A DNA stretch of 24,630 nucleotides from Promethearchaeota archaeon. GTDB taxonomy: Archaea; Asgardarchaeota; Lokiarchaeia; Sigyniarchaeales; SOKP01. The notes beneath the pieces are model-generated. The model was given only the letters and a program-made list of their open reading frames with translations. It had not been told where the DNA came from and did not search any database. Every line of letters begins with the position of its first letter. Position 1 is the stretch's first letter. The stretch covers positions 1 through 24,630 of the forward strand of contig JAHLWP010000049.1 in assembly GCA_019057865.1 (NCBI GenBank). Direction: 5' to 3'. Below are positions 16,988 to 24,630 of the stretch, piece by piece. The position numbers and the translations under genes were made by a program.

Positions 16988-17708
16988 TTAATAAAAGGAA
17001 TTTATATATGTCTGCTTCTTTCCGCTAAATTCTTCGACTTCAATAATCTTGTTAATTAGAAAATCTACTGCATTAACCAAGTGAGTATCATCAATATATT
17101 TATTCTCAAAAGTGATAAAATTTTGCGTATTATTATTTATTCGCAATTCTATACCCAGCTCATCAAAAGGTACCTTTAAATGAGTCCAATTCCCCCTTGA
17201 TTGTTCTTTAGCAATTTCTAAATATTTTTTAGTTTCGGTTATTTTTTTTGGATTCTTGATAATAACTTTATTATCACGATCCCAACAAGAGACCGCAGTA
17301 AAATCTTTTATACCTAAAGCATTAACAAGAGCATTTAACTGATCCCTTTTATATTGAAATAAAATGGGTTGATATCTAAAAACAAAGTGATATTTCTCTT
17401 TTAGTTTGGCAAGAAGATCATCGCTTAATTTATTTGAAATTTTAGCTCTTGTATAAAAACATAATACTCTTTTTCTTTTGGATTATCTCATCAGAAACTT
17501 TTTTTAATGCTTTAAATTTTATTGAGAGATTCTCGTTAAGATTATTTTTTATGGTTTTTTGTAATTTGTTTACTTTTTTGAATAATATTTCTCTTTGGTT
17601 ATCTAATTTATATATTTTATACAGTAAATCTAACTGTCTAAAGCCTTCTTCTTCAGGAAAGTGCTCATTTTGGTCAAAATTGCGAGTTTCTAACATTGTC
17701 TTTTTCAC
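16988..17708 (-). pseudogene. Hypothetical gene split by a +1 frameshift near 17442-17482 (pseudogene, sequence error or recoding)
   Basis: The 88-aa ORF 17708-17442 overlaps a start-less 164-codon open frame 17482-16988 (SKRKRVLCFYTRAKISNKL...QTYINSFY*). Confidence 0.6.
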
Positions 17709-17747
17709 GCTTCTTTTCTTCCTTTTTTATATAAAAAAATCTAATAA

Positions 17748-20700
17748 TTATACATCTTCATTACGCAATATATCATCGAATACATCTGTCATTTTTTTAC
17801 CATTCTTTATTTCTAATTCTAATTTTAACGGGGTGGACTGTTTTTTCTTTCTACACTTTTTTCGAAAAATCCATTTTGTAATTTTAACTGAGAAATATAA
17901 AGAAACTCCACAAATACCTACAAAGATGAATAAAGATACAAATGACCAGAGAATTGAGGATATTGGAGATTGCCCTCCACCAGGGTTAATGGGTTCTGAG
18001 GGATTTATTTCATATTCATATAAAATCATCCCATCAGGATGAAATCCATCATAAATTAAAAATCGAATAGAATACTCAATATTTTCCCGATTTTCATAAT
18101 ACATAGTAAATTTAGATAAATCTGAATAATCCTCTCTCTCAAGTTCAATAGATTCTACCATTAAGAAATTTCTATAAATGTTCCCTACTACCATTGAATT
18201 GGATGCTGGATTTTGTCCTGATGAAAATTCGTAAGAGATGTTCATCTCAAAGATGAGTTCTTGACGTTTGTCGATTATTTTCAAGCCAGAATCATGAAAC
18301 ACATAAAATGTCCTAATATTGATTGGGATTTGCCCTAATTGCTCAAAACCTTTATAGATCGCCACAATACCTTCTACTTTTGGATAATAACTGGGATTTT
18401 CAGGTATTTTAAAATCTTTATAATAAGTATTGTCAACTTGTTTCTCAAGATTTATTATCCCAAGCTGTAAACTTTCAAAAACAACTGAAATATCATCCCC
18501 AAAATCATCAATAATCAAATTTTGAAATGATACTGTAAGACTATTAACACCCCCTAAAATAATTTGTTCCATATATTCACATACAATTTCTAAATCACTG
18601 TTTAGTACCATTTCGCAAATCCAAAGGAAAATCTCTTGATTAACCATTTGATGGTTTGAACTTAAATAAAACTCATTTAAATCTTCTGAATAAAGCATTT
18701 CAGCTAAATTTATTATTAAATCATGATTGAATTCAAGATTAATGTCCAAAATTTCTGAGATTTTGTATGAGTAATAGATATTGTTTATGTTATTGTAATT
18801 TATGTTTTGGAGCACAAATTCTTTGATTTTTTGATTATTTAAATCATAAAGGTCAAGTTCTTTCAACACATAAATCATGTAATAAGTGTTTTGTAAGATT
18901 ACTTCGATATTAGATGTGTATTGAGGATCAAAATATAGTATGGAGGAGGTTTCAATGATATTTCTTTGAATGTGTTCATATAAAGCTGCTTTATTGAAAG
19001 CCAAATCAACTATATTTCCTAAATTCAGATGATCTACTAGCAATTCTAATGATTTTATCGCATAATATGAATATTCAAAAAAAATTTTCTGTAATTGACT
19101 TTCAAGAGAAAAAAAGGTATGTCCCCGCATAGGTAAAAAAGCCCCATAAGCTTCAGGAATAGAGTTATTTAAAAATTGTGATTGTGTGATATCGTCAATT
19201 AAATTAGTTAAATCAACCTCTTCTCCAAAATCATCCAATTTAAATAAATTATTCATTGAATTTAAGGCAAAGTACATGGATTTATATGATGTAAAATAGT
19301 CAATTCTTGTAATGTAATTATGAAATCCTCTATTATTATATTCAAGGGGGTATGAGCGAAACTCAGACTGCATTGGATCTAAATTTATAAGAGGTACAAA
19401 AACATACCAATCTTCTGGATAAGCAAAATATTTGAAACAATCCTTTATTTCATTATATATGTCTCGTATATTTAAATCTGAAACCCTATCGAATAATTGA
19501 AATGAAGAGATAATAGTATTAAACAGATTAAGGGATGTATATTCTTGAGAGATAAGGGAAAATCCTTTAAGTTGATGATAGTTATTAAGTGCCGTTAAAA
19601 TTTCAGATTTATCTAGTGAAGTAAGGTTAGAAGTCGCACCACTATTGTTTAAGGCTCGAATAACTTGGAAAAGATCCATTAACTCATGCATTTTAACTGT
19701 TGTAGAGGAATCCCACGTACCTTGAGAATTTCTATTATTTAGAATGTAATGGATTACCGAGTATTCATTTATTCCTAAAAATCCCGTCATTTTAGAAAGG
19801 TCTAACCCAATTGCACTTGCGATAATATTGGTTATGTTATGTTCAGAAATTGACATTTGAAAATAATGGTCATCAATATATAACTCATTGAGAAATTGAT
19901 GAAAGCTGTTAGTGTTAATCGACTCTTCCATTCCAAAGATTTCTAATGTCTTGATACAGTAATATGACGAAAGAAGGTTAGGCTCATGAAGTGGTTTAAT
20001 GCTATAAAATGAACTATTCTTATCATTATAAAATCCTCCATATCTCCAATCAGTATGTATTGAATCTTGTAAGTCATTTATATATTGTATTATCTCATTT
20101 TTTTGCACTGTATAACTAATCCAATCATCTATTAGCAAATTTAATGCCATAACTGCAAAATATGTATTGTCCATTGTAGAAATTTTAAAAGATTCGTGTA
20201 AATCCACACTATATGGTTGGCCGATAAATCCACTTGTGTCGGGATTATAACAACTCCCGATGAAATCGATAAAATTTTGTCTGTCGATTAAGTCCAGTTT
20301 ATTTAAGATATTTAAGGATAAAATAGCATAACAATTGACTTCAAGGAGAGATGTCAAAGGATAATATGCTTGCGAGAAATCTGTGTCCAAGTATCGATAA
20401 GAATAATCATCGAAAAATAAATTAGATTCCTGATTATAAGTAGAGATTATATAATTCGTTATTGTAGTTTTATTAATTTCAGCTATATTACCAAGAATAT
20501 CTAGAATATATAGCCCATAATAGGTAGCTTGCAACGAAGGTTCGTAAATCTGAGGAAAATACCCATATAATTCATAATCACTAAGTTTTCTGTCAAAAAT
20601 AGCTTCAATATTGTCTATATTTCTACATGTTGAAATTTTTGGTTGATTTTTGGTTCTAGATTCAACTCTCTCATCATAATATTGTTGATCATAATCTGAA

Positions 20701-20795
20701 TCTACTCTATATTTAACTTTATTAATTTGAAATGTGAAGATAATTTGACAAACCACAATCATTAATACCAATACAATAATTTTAGTTTTTTTCAT
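17748..20795 (-). CDS. Membrane-anchored extracellular protein with prenyltransferase/squalene-cyclase-like alpha/alpha-barrel repeats
   Basis: N-terminal signal or TM segment; repeats such as SLQATYYGLYILDILG, TMDNTYFAVMALNLL, NLLSSYYCIKTLEIFG, LQNTYYMIYVLKEL; beta-rich region; P/G linker; C-terminal TM followed by a basic tail. Confidence 0.75.
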   Translation of the reverse strand: MKKTKIIVLVLMIVVCQIIFTFQINKVKYRVDSDYDQQYYDERVESRTKNQPKISTCRNIDNIEAIFDRKLSDYELYGYFPQIYEPSLQATYYGLYILDILGNIAEINKTTITNYIISTYNQESNLFFDDYSYRYLDTDFSQAYYPLTSLLEVNCYAILSLNILNKLDLIDRQNFIDFIGSCYNPDTSGFIGQPYSVDLHESFKISTMDNTYFAVMALNLLIDDWISYTVQKNEIIQYINDLQDSIHTDWRYGGFYNDKNSSFYSIKPLHEPNLLSSYYCIKTLEIFGMEESINTNSFHQFLNELYIDDHYFQMSISEHNITNIIASAIGLDLSKMTGFLGINEYSVIHYILNNRNSQGTWDSSTTVKMHELMDLFQVIRALNNSGATSNLTSLDKSEILTALNNYHQLKGFSLISQEYTSLNLFNTIISSFQLFDRVSDLNIRDIYNEIKDCFKYFAYPEDWYVFVPLINLDPMQSEFRSYPLEYNNRGFHNYITRIDYFTSYKSMYFALNSMNNLFKLDDFGEEVDLTNLIDDITQSQFLNNSIPEAYGAFLPMRGHTFFSLESQLQKIFFEYSYYAIKSLELLVDHLNLGNIVDLAFNKAALYEHIQRNIIETSSILYFDPQYTSNIEVILQNTYYMIYVLKELDLYDLNNQKIKEFVLQNINYNNINNIYYSYKISEILDINLEFNHDLIINLAEMLYSEDLNEFYLSSNHQMVNQEIFLWICEMVLNSDLEIVCEYMEQIILGGVNSLTVSFQNLIIDDFGDDISVVFESLQLGIINLEKQVDNTYYKDFKIPENPSYYPKVEGIVAIYKGFEQLGQIPINIRTFYVFHDSGLKIIDKRQELIFEMNISYEFSSGQNPASNSMVVGNIYRNFLMVESIELEREDYSDLSKFTMYYENRENIEYSIRFLIYDGFHPDGMILYEYEINPSEPINPGGGQSPISSILWSFVSLFIFVGICGVSLYFSVKITKWIFRKKCRKKKQSTPLKLELEIKNGKKMTDVFDDILRNEDV

Positions 20796-20966
20796 GCTGC
20801 TTTTTTCTCTGTTTAAAAATTTTAGACTTGAATCCCTATCTTACATTTATATTTAAAGAAAAAAGAAAAATTGACTTTTTTGTAGATTTTTAATTTTTTT
20901 ATTTATAAATAAATAACAGAATTAATGTGAAACTAACTAAAAATTAATTTCTACAACAGGAATAAA

Positions 20967-23936
20967 ATGATTAAAAATCCCTCTGAGACCAAATCTGATT
21001 TGACTTGTGAAGAATGTGGTGAACCTATAAAACAAAATCAAACTGGCAATAAGCCTATATATTGTGAATTTTGCGGTGCTCTAAATAATACTGTATATAC
21101 GCAAAAACAAGAAACTCTTGTTAAAAGGAGAAGACAAGGACCAAAATCCCAACTAGAACAGAAGGAAATAAGATTTTCTTATACTACTGAAGAATTACGA
21201 CAAGAAATTAGAAATCTTACCTATCAGAAAATTTATGAATTAGTGAAAACAACTTTTTCAGTCATGAGACAACTAAAGCACCAAGAAGATCTTAAACAAT
21301 CGCAGATATTGAAACTTGCTAAAAAACTACGAAAGGCATTATTATCTCTTTCTCTTCCTTCCGATAGTGCTGAATTATTGACCAAAACCTCAAAGAAAAA
21401 GATTGAAAATTATTTTGAGAAATTCCAGTCAGGCTTAAAAAAGAAAAAAAAATCTCAATCCAATTATATGCCTTATTTTATAAAAAATATCAAATTTGTT
21501 TTTAGATTAATCAATGGAGATTATGAATTCTCAAATCTCACCAAATATAATCAAAAAGCGGTGAAAAAATTAAAAGAAAAATATGGGTTTAAAATCAATG
21601 CTAAAACTAAAAACTCATTCTCCTACTCTTTATCAATACTCATGTGTAGAAAAACATATAGAATTATCACAGCTCCGGGGCACGTCTTAGATTTAAAGCA
21701 CAGCAAAAATGAATTGACTAAGCAATATACCTTAAACACCGCTAAAGATATAACAGTGTTAGTTTTAAATAATTATTTCAAGAGAAATTTCTCTAAATCA
21801 TATAAAAAACTAAAAAAGGACCTGGAAATTGACTGGGTTTACCGTGAAAGCTTTATTGAATATGTCTGCTCATTAATAAAACTTGTCTATAAATTAGCAT
21901 ATAATAACGGTTATTCCTCTAGACTCAGAGGATTTCAAAAATTAATTGCTGAAGATTTAAAAGAAAGTGCGTTTTTTGAAAATGATACTAATTATTCACC
22001 TTATTTAAGGCTCAATTTAACTTTGATTCTAAGTAGAATTATTCACTATGTTCTTGATTCATCCCTAAATTTAACTCCATTACAATCTGATCCCAGAAAG
22101 TTGAATCCAACTGATAACCTTAGATTTGCAAATGAGATTGTAGATGAAATTCTAGCAGATAAAAAAATTAAATCGGAATTTTTAAAGAAGTTTTATAATC
22201 TCTCTCTAGAAGAATTTCAAAAGAAATATGAAAAATTACAAGCCAAATTGAAATCTGACATGCTCTATAAAGAAAACTTTTTATCGTTTCTACAAAAGCT
22301 TATAAATTCTGTTTACAAAATTACTCACACCAGAAGTAAAAAATCGAATCATTCGAAAATAGAATTGGGAATTATTAAAGATCTCGCAAATTATAACTTT
22401 AACTGGGAGTTAATCAAAAAAGAAAAATCATGCTTCTACTCAGAAGAAAAAGATAAAAGAAATGATATATTTACGACGGAGATTCCAGAAAATAGTCTTT
22501 TGTGGCGAGTTAGGGCTTATGTTATTGGATTCCTATTAGCTGATGGTTTTATGAAAACAAAAAGAAGCTACGTTATTTCTATTTCCCAGCATTTTCAAGA
22601 TATTGATATCTTAAAGAATGTTAAAAAAACTATAGGAGGAAAAATTTCTGGACCTTATGATGATATTTATTATTTGAATGCTTATGGCAAAAAACTTATA
22701 GGAAAAATTAGAGAATTAGGAATGGTTGAATGTCATACAAAAAAGGATATTGCAAACAAAATTTTACCTCCCAATTTTATTTCACGGAAAATTGACAACA
22801 TAACTTTAATTAGAGATTTTGTAAGAGGATTCTTTGATGGTGATGGTACTTTTTCAGGCTCATTTAAAGATCGTTCTGTTAGATTTGGTTTATCAGGTCC
22901 AGAAAAGTTTTTAAGAGCAATTCAAAATTTGATAACAAATGAAATTTCTGATATTACTACTTTTATTACAAAAGAAACTATTAGATATTTTATTATTGAT
23001 GATAAGAAATATCTTTTATACTCAAAGTTAAGAATCTATAAAAAAGGTGAAGGTTTTTATAAGTTAAAACCTAAAGATTTGGAAAAAGGAATCATAATAA
23101 AAGCCAAACATCCATGGTTAAAAAGACTTCATATTTCTGGTTCTCTTAATTGTATTAAATTTTTTAATTGGCTCTACGAAGATAATGATCACTTTCATGA
23201 TTTAGAAATAAATGGTATAAAGATTTGTGGTAAAAGGAAATTTCTTAAATGCCTAGAAACACTTGGAAATAAAAAATCAAGAAAAGAGAGATTAGCACCA
23301 AATTGGAGTGATATTATTCCTGATATCATAATTGATTTAGATAATAAATATTATAAATCAGATGAATTAATGAAAATTTTAAATGACGAACTGTTGAAAA
23401 AATTAACTAATCTTAGACTGGGTTATTTATACAATCAAAAAAAAGCTAAAAATTTAGATGTTTTCAGAAATAGATTAAAATATTTTGAATATCAGGATGA
23501 TTTATTAGGAAGTTTTCAGAAAAGAATTGGATCTTCGAATACTAATTTTTATTACAGTAAATTGAATCCCCCAAGAGAAAAAATATATAAATCTCAAAGA
23601 AAAATAGAATTAATTGATAGAAAAGGGAGTTTAAAAAAAAATTTAAAGAATTTAATTATTTATTTTCTTCTTGTAAATGATAATAATTTCTTAAATTTCG
23701 AAGATTTAAGACTAAATCTAATAAAATCTAATGTTTTTTCTAAATCTACTTTAAGGACAAATAGAATAAAATTAGATTTACTTGAATTGGCATCATTTGA
23801 TATTATAATTATTGATGAAAATGAAATTGGTGATAATTTATTTTTAGTTAATACATTAATTTTGCCTAAATTTTACAATGTTAGACTTAAAGAGTTGAAA
23901 GATTTATTATTTAATTTATTTAATTCTGATAAATAA
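20967..23936 (+). CDS. Zn-ribbon + three helical repeats + two-motif LAGLIDADG endonuclease domain + C-terminal helical (wHTH-like) region
   Basis: CEECG...CEFCG; AYVIGFLLADG (22515-22547) and DFVRGFFDGDG (22815-22847); KFFNWLY...RK downstream. Confidence 0.8.
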   Translation: MIKNPSETKSDLTCEECGEPIKQNQTGNKPIYCEFCGALNNTVYTQKQETLVKRRRQGPKSQLEQKEIRFSYTTEELRQEIRNLTYQKIYELVKTTFSVMRQLKHQEDLKQSQILKLAKKLRKALLSLSLPSDSAELLTKTSKKKIENYFEKFQSGLKKKKKSQSNYMPYFIKNIKFVFRLINGDYEFSNLTKYNQKAVKKLKEKYGFKINAKTKNSFSYSLSILMCRKTYRIITAPGHVLDLKHSKNELTKQYTLNTAKDITVLVLNNYFKRNFSKSYKKLKKDLEIDWVYRESFIEYVCSLIKLVYKLAYNNGYSSRLRGFQKLIAEDLKESAFFENDTNYSPYLRLNLTLILSRIIHYVLDSSLNLTPLQSDPRKLNPTDNLRFANEIVDEILADKKIKSEFLKKFYNLSLEEFQKKYEKLQAKLKSDMLYKENFLSFLQKLINSVYKITHTRSKKSNHSKIELGIIKDLANYNFNWELIKKEKSCFYSEEKDKRNDIFTTEIPENSLLWRVRAYVIGFLLADGFMKTKRSYVISISQHFQDIDILKNVKKTIGGKISGPYDDIYYLNAYGKKLIGKIRELGMVECHTKKDIANKILPPNFISRKIDNITLIRDFVRGFFDGDGTFSGSFKDRSVRFGLSGPEKFLRAIQNLITNEISDITTFITKETIRYFIIDDKKYLLYSKLRIYKKGEGFYKLKPKDLEKGIIIKAKHPWLKRLHISGSLNCIKFFNWLYEDNDHFHDLEINGIKICGKRKFLKCLETLGNKKSRKERLAPNWSDIIPDIIIDLDNKYYKSDELMKILNDELLKKLTNLRLGYLYNQKKAKNLDVFRNRLKYFEYQDDLLGSFQKRIGSSNTNFYYSKLNPPREKIYKSQRKIELIDRKGSLKKNLKNLIIYFLLVNDNNFLNFEDLRLNLIKSNVFSKSTLRTNRIKLDLLELASFDIIIIDENEIGDNLFLVNTLILPKFYNVRLKELKDLLFNLFNSDK

Positions 23937-23956
23937 AAAAAAAAGAAAAATAATTA

Positions 23957-24630
23957 TTAAGGAATTTCAATATCCATCTTTTTCCGTTCTTCAAGCAAAG
24001 CATCTACTACAGAAGGATCGGCTAATGTGGTTACATTCCCTATTTCTGTACCGGCAGCAATTGCCTTCAGGATTCTACGCATAATTTTGCCACTTCTTGT
24101 CTTTGGTAATGCATCCGCAAATTGAATGACATCGGGTTGGAATACAGGACCTATTTCTTTTCTAACATGCATCCGTATCTCTTTAGATAATTTAGCTGAC
24201 TTTTCTATTCCTTGCATTAAAGTCACGTAAGCCCAAATGGCTTGGCCTTTAATCTTGTGGGGGAATGGAGCGACAGCGGCTTCAGCAACCTTTGGATGGC
24301 TTACAAGAGCAGATTCTACTTCCATAGTTCCAATTCGATGACCTGAGACTTTAATGACATCATCTAATCGCCCAAGAATCCAATAATAACCATCTTCATC
24401 ACGTCGTGCTCCATCACCAGTATAATAGTATCCTGGATACTTTTCAAAATATGTTGATTTAAATCGCTCTGTGTCGCCCCAAACATCTCTTAACATTCCG
24501 GCCCAGGGTTTAGCTATCACAAAATACCCACCTTCATCAGGTTCTGTAATTTCATCACCTTCTAAATCAAAAATGACTGGTTTAATCCCGAAAAAGGGAA
24601 GGCAACATGATCCTGGTTTTGTGGGTGTTG
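23957..24630 (-). CDS. acs: Acetyl-CoA synthetase (AMP-forming), 3' part; continues beyond the right edge
   Basis: The frame is open to the window end ([15 protein letters not shown]...). Motifs [41 protein letters not shown] and [12 protein letters not shown]. Confidence 0.97.
   Translation of the reverse strand, partial: TPTKPGSCCLPFFGIKPVIFDLEGDEITEPDEGGYFVIAKPWAGMLRDVWGDTERFKSTYFEKYPGYYYTGDGARRDEDGYYWILGRLDDVIKVSGHRIGTMEVESALVSHPKVAEAAVAPFPHKIKGQAIWAYVTLMQGIEKSAKLSKEIRMHVRKEIGPVFQPDVIQFADALPKTRSGKIMRRILKAIAAGTEIGNVTTLADPSVVDALLEERKKMDIEIP

Noticed and set aside
17449-18042. 197-aa plus-strand ORF
   Set aside because: Phe-rich antisense reading of two Lys-rich minus-strand genes.
22430-23300. 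Intein around the LAGLIDADG domain
   Set aside because: No convincing block A, TxxH or terminal HN-C/S/T motif, and no recognisable split host protein.
1-24630. CRISPR array, IS element, integrase or rRNA
   Set aside because: No regularly spaced repeats, transposase or integrase motifs, tRNA 3' duplication or rRNA-like stretch was seen.

Overview
AT-rich archaeal window, almost certainly from an Asgard archaeon (Lokiarchaeia-like). This is inferred from the intron-containing archaeal tRNAs and from several eukaryotic-signature proteins: longin, gelsolin, roadblock and an actin-related protein. Left to right: a partial longin-like gene; tRNA-Thr(GGT) and tRNA-Met(CAT), carrying three introns between them; DUF169; nnr; then a co-oriented block encoding a gelsolin-domain protein, a roadblock protein, a CDC48-N-like/polyproline/vWA fusion, an AbrB-ACT regulator, a coiled-coil protein, a divergent actin-related protein, a helical protein with a catalytically degenerate CHAT (caspase-like) domain and a PLD-fold protein lacking HKD. 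These are followed by a micro-ORF, an orphan N6-adenine methyltransferase, a DEAD-box helicase with a probable CTG start, a frameshift-split hypothetical gene, a membrane-anchored alpha/alpha-barrel protein, a Zn-ribbon/repeat/LAGLIDADG fusion and the 3' part of acs. The best candidate for an undescribed system is the actin-related protein plus pseudo-CHAT plus pseudo-PLD module next to the gelsolin/roadblock/CDC48N-vWA genes. All assignments come from reading motifs by eye; no searches were run.
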